Part shown: positions 51,845 to 60,767 of the stretch, piece by piece
How positions within the stretch are numbered: position 1 is the first letter of the stretch
Layout: every line of letters starts with the position of its first letter
Assembly (NCBI GenBank): GCA_963666215.2
Contig: CAXWPL010000001.1
Location: forward strand, 416,001-480,000
Length of the DNA: 64,000 nucleotides
Reading direction: 5' to 3'
Source of the DNA: Acidobacteriota bacterium
GTDB taxonomy: Bacteria; Acidobacteriota; UBA890; WLXD01
The notes under the pieces: generated by a model
Database searches by the model: none
What the model was told of the DNA's origin: nothing
The model's input: only the letters and a program-made list of their open reading frames with translations
Position numbers and translations under genes: made by a program

Positions 51845-52120
51845 CTAGGCGCGCTGCCCACTCTGAGCCGCAAGCTCGCGCGATGCGTGAATCAGGGCCT
51901 CGTTGACGTCGCCGTCGGAGAGGTCACCTTCACGTCCGCACATCTCGCCCCACGCGAACCCCACCCAGGCGACCGCTTCCGTACTCTCGGCATCCAAGAA
52001 CTCCCGCAACACCTTGGCAGCGGCTCGCGCGTTGCCCTTCTTTGCCTGCGCCATGAGCACGCTGCACACGTAGCGCTGGCACGAAAGGCTGGTGGCAGGA
52101 CCTGGTCGTCTCGCTTGCAT
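51845..52120 (-). CDS. Possible degenerate CopG/RHH antitoxin
   Basis: AAKVLREFLD...GDLS resembles RHH antitoxins; no toxin partner seen. Confidence 0.3.
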   Translation of the reverse strand: MQARRPGPATSLSCQRYVCSVLMAQAKKGNARAAAKVLREFLDAESTEAVAWVGFAWGEMCGREGDLSDGDVNEALIHASRELAAQSGQRA

Positions 52121-52339
52121 GTGTCGAACATGTAGCTATCACGCATGGAGCCGCACCGCAAGGTCGCACGTCTCGCGTACCTACAAACGATCGCCGGTGA
52201 ACGGGCCGACCGGGATGCGTCGTAGGCTCGCTTCCCGCCGTCGGAAGCAGAGGAAGACGCTTTTTCAGCGCCGGAGGGCGGAGAGTCTTCGGGAAGCCTG
52301 GGGAGGACGGCAGACCGGCAGACGAATTGTCAACGGCAC

Positions 52340-52389
52340 GCGCACTGATCGCGTGGCCGTGATCCCTATCGCTGCCCTCGGCCCGTGAC
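52340..52389 (+). repeat. 50-bp copy of the 3' end of the DUF4143 gene (60593-60642)
   Basis: Encodes RTDRVAVIPIAALGP*; three mismatches, all synonymous. Confidence 0.85.
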
Positions 52390-52514
52390 AGCCGGACGGG
52401 AAATCGCGGTGATTCCAGCCTGCATGGCTCCCGGACAGCCGCGGCTGTAGCTGCCGCGGTGTCCTTTCAAGCCCGGCCAAGGCTACCGGCTAGGTACACG
52501 CACGGCCCTGGTCC

Positions 52515-53069
52515 TCACTGCGGCGGTGTGGCGTCAAGCATTACCGCACAGAGAGTGCACGGCTCATCTCCCACCACTCGCCACGCGTGGCTCGTCGCAC
52601 GCTGCACGATGGTGTCTCCGGGTCCGAGCGTCGCTGTTCCCTCCTCCATCAGGAGCTCGACCTGCCCCGAGATGATGAACAGGAAGTCGAGGGTGTCCGA
52701 GCGGTGCATTCCCAGTGCGTGCCCGGGCTGCCAGGTCATGACCCGGACGATCGCTCCACCGGGATCCGGCCATGTCTGGCGGCTGTAACCCACCATGGGA
52801 TCGGTCATGTCGGAGAGGTCGACCGGAACACGGCCGAGAACCCACATATCGGCGCTATCGGACGCTTCCCTCACCGACGCAGCCGCAGGCGGCACGGCCC
52901 CATCGCTCGAGATCATCGACTTGCCGGCCGAGCTCGTGCCGGTCACCACCCTGCGATGCCCAGGTTGCTTCGACGGCCGTGCGGAAGCCCGGCCCGTCAC
53001 CGCCGCCATCACGAACGAGGACAGGGCGGCCAGCACGCCGCGACGACTGCCGTATCCAGAGCGCATCAC
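52515..53069 (-). CDS. Tat-signal cupin protein
   Basis: SRRGVL; RRVVTG, MHRSDTLDF..GDTIVQRATSHAW. Confidence 0.82.
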   Translation of the reverse strand: MMRSGYGSRRGVLAALSSFVMAAVTGRASARPSKQPGHRRVVTGTSSAGKSMISSDGAVPPAAASVREASDSADMWVLGRVPVDLSDMTDPMVGYSRQTWPDPGGAIVRVMTWQPGHALGMHRSDTLDFLFIISGQVELLMEEGTATLGPGDTIVQRATSHAWRVVGDEPCTLCAVMLDATPPQ

Positions 53070-53073
53070 AGGA

Positions 53074-53496
53074 CTACGCCCATCCCAGCTGCTTCATAGT
53101 GACCCCGTCGTTCCAAATCTTCGTGATGTGACGGATCTTGGCACCGTCGAACTCCATGACATAGACGTACTCGGTCTCTACGCGGTTTCCCGTGGGCGGC
53201 ACCGGCCCACCCTCCGCAGTGTGGGTTCCGCGAAACACACCGTAGGCGGCGACGTTGTTCCGCTCTTCGTCCACGGCGAGCGAACGCGGCTCGTAGCCGC
53301 CGTCGGGTACCGGTGTGAAAAGGCCCTTCATCCACTCGGTGTAGGCCTGCAGAGTATCGATCCCCGCGAGAGCCTCCGCCTGGGCGGCGAAGGTCGCATC
53401 CGGGTGACAGTCCTGCTGACAGCCCTCCCATCCCTTGCCGGTGTCGCACGCGTCGAAGAATCGCCCAGCTGTGTCTCTGATCGAGGTCATGGCCAT
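53074..53496 (-). CDS. SnoaL-like ester cyclase family protein
   Basis: FFDACDTGKGW, FRGTHT..GPVPPTG, YVYVMEF..KIWND. Confidence 0.85.
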   Translation of the reverse strand: MAMTSIRDTAGRFFDACDTGKGWEGCQQDCHPDATFAAQAEALAGIDTLQAYTEWMKGLFTPVPDGGYEPRSLAVDEERNNVAAYGVFRGTHTAEGGPVPPTGNRVETEYVYVMEFDGAKIRHITKIWNDGVTMKQLGWA

Positions 53497-53677
53497 GCTC
53501 CCCTGTTGAGAGTCGGTGTACCGCACTGTGCCTGCGGCTCCCGAGAGTACGTGTTCTGTCTGCAAGGCACAAAGCTCAGTCGGGTGGCCCACAGCCGCGC
53601 TAGCTGTGTTTTCTAAATAGGTTGTTCACATCGGGGCTCACTTCCAAGATCCTGGCCTCGTTGGGGGCTACGTCACG

Positions 53678-56431
53678 TCATTCTTGACGAACGCGCCAAT
53701 CACTGAGGACCACCAGTCGGGCGCGTGTAACAGGACCAGCCCGTCGCACTACCAGGAATTGTTGCCGGGCAAAGGAATAGTCGACAATGCGGCTGCCTTC
53801 ATCAGCGAAACGCCGCCCATCGAGCAGCAGCTGTGGAGTGCCGATGATCGGATCGCCGCCCTCGCGCGCCGTGATGGTAACCACGAGTGTCCGACCCTCC
53901 GAGTTTTGCCAATAAACCTCCTGGTCGCTGAGCCAGCCCCAGGCACGCACATCGGCGTCTGGGCGAGTGATCTGCCAGCGTCCGGTTGTGGGGTAATCCG
54001 AGATCGAGAGGGTGGCGCCATCGACCGTCTGAAATCCGGTCAGAGGGTCCATGCCGGCCGGAAAGGTCGCAAATACGACCCAATGACCGTTCGGCGACAG
54101 GCGGGCATGCGAATCGTTGGAAGGGTCGGCGAGAAACGGCGTGGGCTGGGAGCCGCCGGAGACGTCGACAATCATGAGATCACCGCGCTTGTCGACGTTC
54201 GAACGCCGCGAGAACAGGATCTGGCCGTCGGGCGTGAAGCCTGCGGGGTATTGCCCCCCCATGCCGCTCTGCTGGGTCAATGCTACGGGCTCGTCGCCCG
54301 GCCGCAACCCCATCACCGCCAACTGGAACTGCCCCGCGACGAGGGTCTCGAAGGCGAGACGATCGCCGGCGGGAGACCAAGCCGGAGAGGCCGCCCAGGT
54401 GCCTGGCGGGTTGATCGGGTTGCGGATGCCGCGTTCGAGATCGATCTGCTCGACCGATCGCTCATTCTGTGAGTCGCTGATCTCGACCGCAGCCCGACGG
54501 CCGTCGGGGCTTACCCGCGCATGTAACAAACGGAGCGGCTCGGCAGGTATCGGCGTTTCCTCGCCGCGGCGATCGAGCCATGCCAACCGCACGCCGGAGT
54601 TCTCCGGAATTTCTTGGTACACCAGCGTCCCGCCCGCGACGACGCCGAGCTGCAGGAACATGCGGTAGCTGTCGGACTGCACGTTGGTGGCGATGGGGCG
54701 CGGCTCTCCGGTGGGTTCGAGGGCATCGAGGTCGAACGGCTGCAACATCAGGTTCGAGTCCTGTACATAGGCCAGGTAGCCTGGCTCAACGTAGAACGCC
54801 TCCGTTTCGGCATCGAGGACCTTGCGCGCCGCGCCTGTATCAGGACGGAAGGAATAGACCGCGGTGCCCACGTTCACGGGCTCCCAGGACGAGGCATCAG
54901 CTTCGAATGAAGTCGACTCCGGACCGGCGAGGTGTGTATAAACGATGGCGCGTCCGTCAGGCAGGAAGTGCGGGAGCCGATGGCTCTCCGCATCCAACCC
55001 GAGAGTTGTGAACGGTTCAGGGTTGCCACCCTCGTCGGAAACCTGAAACAATGCACCGTCGGCTGTAGGGGCGAAGACGATGAAGCCGTGCCGGCTCCAG
55101 GCGGCTCCCCGCCCCGCGGGAGCGTCGCAAAGCGTCCGCACGATCCCGCCCGCGAGATCCATGCGCTTGAGCTTCACGTCGGCGAAGAAGCCGAGGGCGC
55201 TGCCGTCCGGAGACCAGAACGGATAGCTGGCCCCCTCGGTGCCGGCGAGCGGCCTCGATTCGAGGTTGTCGAGTGAGCGCAGGTAGATCTGTCGAATCCC
55301 AGTACCTGTATCCGTTGCCACGAGTGCGAGCTGCGAGCCATCGGGCGACAAGGCGATCGCCCGATCGACAGCGTCGAGCTCGAGTGTCGGCGGCAGGTCG
55401 AGAGAGGCTCGGATTGTTGGCGTCGGTGTCGACCTCGAAAAGCCGCCGGTCAACGCCACGGCTCCGAGCGTCAAGAGCGCACCGACCGCGAGTGCCGCCG
55501 CTACGGGTTGCCAGAAAGACCTTCCAGTGGCGGCGAGTGGCGCGGAGGCCGCGGCGCCGTCCCCTCCTGCATCGAGTTGCTCACCGGAGAGCAGCTCTTC
55601 GATCACGATTCGCGCGTCGCCGATCGCCTGCAGGCGCTGGCGCGGCTTCTTGCGCAAGCTGCGGCGGATCAAGCGCACGAGTTGCGGTGGCGTTCCCGCG
55701 GGCAGGTCAGCGTAGTCTGGCTCGTCCTTGAGCACCGCCGCCAAGACGTGCGACACCGTCTCGCCGACGAACAAGCGCTTCCCGGTCAGCATCTCCCACA
55801 GCACCACGCCGAACGACCAGATGTCGGCCTGCCGGTCGGCCGCCTGCCCGGCCGCTTGTTCCGGCGACATATAGGAGGCGGTGCCGAGTATGAGGCCCGC
55901 CTGCGTGGCGGCCATCGTCAGCGTTGGGGAGTCCGTCGGGTCGTGCTGCGATTCCGTCGGCTCGAGCGCCTTGGCCAGTCCGAAGTCGAGGACCTTGACC
56001 ACGCCATCGGGAGTAACCCTGACATTGGCCGGCTTCAGGTCGCGGTGCACGATTCCCCTCTCGTGCGCCGCCTCGAGAGCCTCGGCGATCTGCAGGGCGG
56101 TCTGCAAAGCCTGCTCTACAGGGAGAGCTCCACGGGCGATCCGATCGCTCAGGTCCTCGCCCTCGATCAGCTCGAGAACAATCGCCCGGCTGCCGTCGGC
56201 CTCTTCGAGTCCGTAAACCTGACCGATGTTCGGGTGGTTCAGCGAAGCGAGAAGTTGAGCCTCGCGCTGGAAGCGGGCTAGACGCTCTGGGTCGGAGCAG
56301 AACGACTCCGGCAGCAGCTTGATCGCGACGTCGCGCTGCAGGCGCCCGTCGGTGGCGCGGTAGACCTCACCCATTCCCCCCTGCCCGAGCTTGGCGGTAA
56401 TTCGAAAGTGGGCAAACGCGGAACCAATCAT
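53678..56431 (-). CDS. Ser/Thr kinase-TM-TolB/PD40 fusion (intact)
   Basis: GQGGMGEVY, HRDLKPAN, DFGLAK, YMSPEQ; multiple SPDG repeats. Confidence 0.92.
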   Translation of the reverse strand: MIGSAFAHFRITAKLGQGGMGEVYRATDGRLQRDVAIKLLPESFCSDPERLARFQREAQLLASLNHPNIGQVYGLEEADGSRAIVLELIEGEDLSDRIARGALPVEQALQTALQIAEALEAAHERGIVHRDLKPANVRVTPDGVVKVLDFGLAKALEPTESQHDPTDSPTLTMAATQAGLILGTASYMSPEQAAGQAADRQADIWSFGVVLWEMLTGKRLFVGETVSHVLAAVLKDEPDYADLPAGTPPQLVRLIRRSLRKKPRQRLQAIGDARIVIEELLSGEQLDAGGDGAAASAPLAATGRSFWQPVAAALAVGALLTLGAVALTGGFSRSTPTPTIRASLDLPPTLELDAVDRAIALSPDGSQLALVATDTGTGIRQIYLRSLDNLESRPLAGTEGASYPFWSPDGSALGFFADVKLKRMDLAGGIVRTLCDAPAGRGAAWSRHGFIVFAPTADGALFQVSDEGGNPEPFTTLGLDAESHRLPHFLPDGRAIVYTHLAGPESTSFEADASSWEPVNVGTAVYSFRPDTGAARKVLDAETEAFYVEPGYLAYVQDSNLMLQPFDLDALEPTGEPRPIATNVQSDSYRMFLQLGVVAGGTLVYQEIPENSGVRLAWLDRRGEETPIPAEPLRLLHARVSPDGRRAAVEISDSQNERSVEQIDLERGIRNPINPPGTWAASPAWSPAGDRLAFETLVAGQFQLAVMGLRPGDEPVALTQQSGMGGQYPAGFTPDGQILFSRRSNVDKRGDLMIVDVSGGSQPTPFLADPSNDSHARLSPNGHWVVFATFPAGMDPLTGFQTVDGATLSISDYPTTGRWQITRPDADVRAWGWLSDQEVYWQNSEGRTLVVTITAREGGDPIIGTPQLLLDGRRFADEGSRIVDYSFARQQFLVVRRAGPVTRARLVVLSDWRVRQE

Positions 56432-56769
56432 GGGAAACCTACGGGGTCCAGAGGTCCGATTCGAGTTGTTGGGCGAAGCGCGAGTCTACCGCAGCGAGTG
56501 CAGCGCCCAACGAAGTCATGCGCGCCCTCGGCCGCAGTCACGAAAGCTCGTCGTGTCGATTCCGGGTCGGCTCCCTCAGGAGAATCGAGAGTAGCCCAGC
56601 CGCCTGAGTGTGCGACCCGCCGGGAGCTCGCACCACGCTCGATCCTGGATGCTCAGTCGCGATCGCCACTCACCGGAGAGGCCCGATCGAACGTGGTGTC
56701 CTTCTCCCTTGTCCACGACGCGAGAGATGGAGCATTAGTCAGGTTGACCGTTCTGTGCACCCGAGGTTC

Positions 56770-57045
56770 CTAGGCCGAACGCAGCTCTCTCTCGACACGC
56801 TCCGCGAGGTAAACCTTCAGCAACGATTGGTACGGCACATCGCGCTTGTTAGCCAGCAGCTTCAGTTCCTCGAGAAGCGACTCCGGAAGCCGCACCGAGA
56901 TCGTCTTGGTCGAGGGTTTGAGGCTCCCCAACGTCACGCGCTCGGCCTTGGACCAGTCCACGTAGTCGGCTGAGTCGTGCTGCGCCCAGAATTCGCGCTC
57001 CTGCTCTTCGCTCTCGAACTCAGGAATCGTTTTTCGCCTTGGCAT
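56770..57045 (-). CDS. brnA: BrnA/CopG-family antitoxin
   Basis: IPEFESEEQEREFW..HDS, KTISVRLP..DVPYQSL. Confidence 0.85.
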   Translation of the reverse strand: MPRRKTIPEFESEEQEREFWAQHDSADYVDWSKAERVTLGSLKPSTKTISVRLPESLLEELKLLANKRDVPYQSLLKVYLAERVERELRSA

Positions 57046-57331
57046 TGTCGAACGCTTTCCTTTCGCGACGGCTTATGTCGCGAGCCGAGATCAGCCGAAT
57101 CAAATCGCTGCGGACGGTGAAAACCGCGAATAGCTGTCGCCCCATGTCGGTCGTGCCGAGTGCGTAGTAACGCTGCTCGGCTTTGGAGTGCCTCTCGTCG
57201 TTAACTATCAGCACAGGCGGGTTGAAGAAGATCTGCTCGCACTCTGCACGCGTGACCTTGTGCTTGGCCCAGATCTTGTCCGCGTTCGCTGAATCCCACT
57301 CGAAGCCGGAACAGCGTTGCAGATCGACCAA
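57020..57331 (-). CDS. brnT: BrnT-family toxin
   Basis: FEWD..KH.V..E, RYYALG, IRLISAR; TTG start with GGAGG inferred. Confidence 0.88.
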   Translation of the reverse strand: MVDLQRCSGFEWDSANADKIWAKHKVTRAECEQIFFNPPVLIVNDERHSKAEQRYYALGTTDMGRQLFAVFTVRSDLIRLISARDISRRERKAFDNAKAKNDS

Positions 57332-57370
57332 TCGCTTCCTCCAAGGGCTTGCGACCACGAGCTAGCAGCG

Positions 57371-57399
57371 ATCGTACTGTGTATGTCAGACATATACAA
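57371..57399 (-). promoter_or_regulatory. brnTA promoter with palindromic operator
   Basis: Minus strand TTGTAT-N17-TACGAT; near-perfect palindrome tgtgtatgtc-a-gacatataca at 57378-57398. Confidence 0.65.
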
Positions 57400-57419
57400 C
57401 GGTGAGGGGCTGACGAACC

Positions 57420-57655
57420 CGCGTCTGCTGCTGCTGCGCGAGGACCGAGACTTCCACACGATCCAGATGGTGGAGGCCGCCTTCAACCAGTACCGGCTGC
57501 TGGGCCCGACGGAGGCAGGCACCCACGTCCTGGTGGCCGCAACTCGCTACCTGGCAGCGCACGCGCAGACCGTGCGAGCGCAGGGCCAGACCTACCGGAT
57601 TGCCGACCGCCTCCACCGCGGTGAGCTCGCCTTCGAAGCACCGGAGCCGCGGTAG
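57420..57655 (+). pseudogene. C-terminal remnant of a Rieske-domain-associated helical protein
   Basis: LLREDRDFHTIQMVEAAF..RYLAAHA.T.RAQGQTY.IA.RLHRGE recalled as the tail of large Rieske proteins; no credible start. Confidence 0.55.
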
Positions 57656-57888
57656 GGTTCGGGATTCTCGTGGGCGGCTCCCTTCCTTTATATAAGAGCC
57701 TTGGGAAATCGCGGCGATTCCAGGTGCGAGGTCTCGTCGAAGGCCATGGCCCCGACGCTAGCCGTCCACTCCGTACCTGAGCTGGCGCTCGTACTCAGCC
57801 TCGTCGAAATGGCCCTCAGACTTGGCGACGAACCAACAACTGAGTCAGCCGTTTGTTGCCGTGGTGTCGTTCATCAAAACCTTCCGAG

Positions 57889-58758
57889 CTACGCCACGTC
57901 GCCGAGGCGAGCACGAAGCTCGCTCATCGCGTGCTCTGAAGCGTCTTCGTAGCTGGTGGCCGGTAGCATCGGAGTGAAATCGACGATAAGGACGTCTCGG
58001 TACCCCTCGCTTTCACTTTCAGCGACTTCCACGGGATCGACGTGGTGATACACCGCGTCATCCCAGACGGCGACGGTATCGAGGCGCTGTGCGAGTGTTG
58101 CCCGTATTAGAACCTTCTTGTCGTTATCGGCCACCACGCTTTCTCCGCCTTTGATCCTTTTGCGGGAGACCAAGTGGATCCAAGTCACCCACTCGCCGTC
58201 TTTGTGGAGCTTGTTGGGAGAAGCAACCGCAGGCTGGCCCTGCCGCGCACGCATCCGGACGAGATGCAGACCTACGTCGTATGCGACGTTGCTACTTCGG
58301 ACGCTGGCAAACGGCGAATGCTCGAAGTCGTATCGGATCAGCGCTTGAAGGAAGCTGTTCGTTGCCAGATCCTCTGGCAGCGGCTCAAACTTCCGAACCG
58401 TGCCACCATCCTTGGAGTTCAGCAGCACAGATTGGGCATAGTCGCTGATGTCGGTCGGTATCACCAGCAGGGGCCTCGGAGTGAGGACGAAGCGCTGATG
58501 GCGCCGAAACCGGCATCTAGTCTCTGAATAGGGATCCTCGGGAAGGTGCTCGTAGGCTTCGACAAAGGTTTCGAGCGGCTGAGCTAGCGCGGCCGGGAGG
58601 ATGAAGTCCTTGCCCTGTAGATACACGAAACCTCTCTCACGGAGATCGCGGCGTGGATCGACGTCCGCGGTCAATTGCAGGTCAGCCTTGTCGCCCCAGG
58701 CAAGCGCCGAGGAGCCTGTGAACGACGGGTGGGTGTCCTGAAACGCACCGTCCATCAT
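57889..58758 (-). CDS. Fe(II)/2-oxoglutarate dioxygenase, PF10014 (2OG-Fe_Oxy_2)-like
   Basis: LPEDPY..RFRRH, HKDG, GGES, DDAVYHHVDP, RDVLIVDF (HxD..H triad plus Arg). Confidence 0.82.
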   Translation of the reverse strand: MMDGAFQDTHPSFTGSSALAWGDKADLQLTADVDPRRDLRERGFVYLQGKDFILPAALAQPLETFVEAYEHLPEDPYSETRCRFRRHQRFVLTPRPLLVIPTDISDYAQSVLLNSKDGGTVRKFEPLPEDLATNSFLQALIRYDFEHSPFASVRSSNVAYDVGLHLVRMRARQGQPAVASPNKLHKDGEWVTWIHLVSRKRIKGGESVVADNDKKVLIRATLAQRLDTVAVWDDAVYHHVDPVEVAESESEGYRDVLIVDFTPMLPATSYEDASEHAMSELRARLGDVA

Positions 58759-58856
58759 CGTTGGGTTCCGCCCGCGGTTGTACTCGATGCCCTGCAGCAG
58801 AGAGCTGGCGCAGTCGCCATGGCCAGCGGCACGAGTCGAATGGTGTTTGTCATCAT
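58755..58856 (-). CDS. Unannotated 33-aa peptide MMTNTIRLVPLAMATAPALCCRASSTTAGGTQR
   Basis: Manual translation; purine-rich aaaaagggg upstream; TGA overlaps the dioxygenase ATG (ATGA). Confidence 0.5.
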   Translation of the reverse strand: MMTNTIRLVPLAMATAPALCCRASSTTAGGTQR

Positions 58857-58901
58857 GGGAACTGCCCCTTTTTCTTGCTGTCACGACGGGCGACAAGGCC
58901 C

Positions 58902-60158
58902 TCAGGCGCCTGTCGCAGCGGTGACCCCGTCGATGAGCTCCTGCTGGTGGGACAGCGGCAACTCCGCCTGCTCTAGGATGCCCTCGAACCGCTCTCGCGA
59001 AATCAACCCCTGCGTCAGGGCGTCGCTGGCAAGGACGAGCAGGCGAGTGCGGAGCGCGTTCCTCTCCGGACCCCACGCCGGGAGATCGAGCGCTGCCCGC
59101 GTCTGCTTCGTGTTCCCTTCATTGACCCGGCTTGCAAGATCGTCGAGGTCGGATCGGGAGATGAGCCCGAGGTCACGCAGAGCGTGGCAAATCAGGAGAG
59201 AGCTTGCTCCGAAGTAGCCGCCCGTGAGCGTGACCTCGACGGTGCCGCACAGTGCCGCACCCCTTCTGTCGCGCCCGCTGACCGAAACGCGCCGTTCGGC
59301 AATCGAGGACGCCTCTCGCTCGAAGTAGATCTGGAGCCTCGTACCCCCCGATCGGGCCAGCGTGTCCTTCCCGAAACTCTGGAGATATCGCTTGAGTCCT
59401 TGCTCCGGTACGAGGAAGCGGCTGGCGAAAGCGCTCGCCCGCAACTCGGGGAGCGTCTCCGCATCCCTGCCCTGGCAGACGCACGATCCGACATCGCGAT
59501 CAAACAGAACGTGCGCGTAAGCATGGAGATACTGGAACCGCCGCTCTTCGACCGGAGGATTCTTGTTCACAACGACCAGAAACCCGGTCTCCTCAGAGCT
59601 GATCATCAGGCTGGAGACGCCGTTCGGCAGCCCGAGCTTGCTCGGGCGGACGCCCACGACTGCGAGCGTCTCGGCCACGTCACGAATGGGGCCGTCGCCG
59701 AGGTTGAGCCGGCGGCGCTCCTCCGCGGCGGTCGCGTAGCCCTGATGGACAGCTTCCCAAGGCGACTCTGGTGCCGACAGGGCCTGAATCGGCGGGCGCG
59801 CGCCATAGGCGTGGACCGCCACCTTTCCCTCGATCTCGGTCAGAACGCGGCACAAAGCAACCAATCGGCCGAGTTTTTCGCGCGTGGCTTCGAGGGAGGG
59901 CAGAGTTCTGACGAGACCGTCCAGGACGTCGTCGCCACCCCGTTGGGACGGGGAAGGCGCAATGAACTGCCTAACGTCGGCACGGTAGGCCTTGGCGACG
60001 CGCTCGACCTCGGAGACCTTGATGGCTCGGTTGCCGAGCTCCATCTGAGCCACGGTTGGCCGGGAGACGCCGAGGTCCGCTGCCACCTCGCCTTGCGTCC
60101 TCCCAGCCGCCTTGCGTCGCTCGCGCAACCGCTGTCCGACCTTCTGCTCCTCGATCAT
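58902..60158 (-). CDS. XRE HTH + ImmA/IrrE (DUF955) fusion with degenerate HAYAH motif
   Basis: VGQRLRERR..TQGEVA..GVSRPTVAQMELGNR; AAEERRRLNLGDGPI; RRFQYLHAYAH; ELRASAFASRFLVP. Confidence 0.88.
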   Translation of the reverse strand: MIEEQKVGQRLRERRKAAGRTQGEVAADLGVSRPTVAQMELGNRAIKVSEVERVAKAYRADVRQFIAPSPSQRGGDDVLDGLVRTLPSLEATREKLGRLVALCRVLTEIEGKVAVHAYGARPPIQALSAPESPWEAVHQGYATAAEERRRLNLGDGPIRDVAETLAVVGVRPSKLGLPNGVSSLMISSEETGFLVVVNKNPPVEERRFQYLHAYAHVLFDRDVGSCVCQGRDAETLPELRASAFASRFLVPEQGLKRYLQSFGKDTLARSGGTRLQIYFEREASSIAERRVSVSGRDRRGAALCGTVEVTLTGGYFGASSLLICHALRDLGLISRSDLDDLASRVNEGNTKQTRAALDLPAWGPERNALRTRLLVLASDALTQGLISRERFEGILEQAELPLSHQQELIDGVTAATGA

Positions 60159-60186
60159 GGGTGTGATTCCTCCAGTCGCCCGGATG

Positions 60187-60216
60187 ACTCTATTTCAATC
60201 ATGACCGTCATGTCAA
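60187..60216 (-). promoter_or_regulatory. Sigma70-like promoter with overlapping palindrome
   Basis: Minus strand TTGACA (60216-60211)-N18-TAGAGT (60192-60187); CATGAC-C-GTCATG at 60200-60212. Confidence 0.6.
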
Positions 60217-60248
60217 TACGCTTCTGATCGATACTCTAACATCAGTCG

Positions 60249-60641
60249 ATGTCAGGCTCCCCGGATCTGGAGGGCGCCACTCCCGAGCGGCTGCTGCGTG
60301 ACTTGGAGCTGCTCGGACTGCTCTTCGAATCGCTGGTGATTCGAGATTTGCGGATCTACGCACAGGCGTCTGCCGGCCGGGTTCTCCACTATCGCGACAA
60401 CACAGGGCTCGAAGTCGATTCCGTCGTCGAGACGGTCGACGGCCACTGGGCCGCCTTTGAGGTGAAACTGGCTTCGCGTCACGTCGACGCGGCGGCGGCG
60501 ACGCTCTTGAAGTTCGCCGACAGGGTCGACACCGACCGAAGCGGCCGGGCCGCAGCACTCGGTGTCATCGTGCCAACCGGCTACGGCTACCTGCGCACCG
60601 ATCGCGTGGCCGTGATCCCCATCGCTGCCCTCGGCCCTTGA
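60249..60641 (+). pseudogene. DUF4143 C-terminal domain of an AAA_14 ATPase (N-terminus missing)
   Basis: GLLFESLVIRDL, HYRD..GLEVD, AFEVKL. Confidence 0.8.
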
Positions 60642-60767
60642 CCACCGGACGGGACCGAAATGCGGCCGTTGGCCAGTCTCAGTCGGACGGTTCTCGCTTT
60701 GACCGTGCCCTTGAGCACATGCTACGACTCCCACACCAGAAACCACTCTCGCTCGCCGAGTCCGACC

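Noticed and set aside
57840-57850. Selenocysteine at the in-frame TGA
   Set aside because: No redox motif or evident SECIS, and the frame ends soon after
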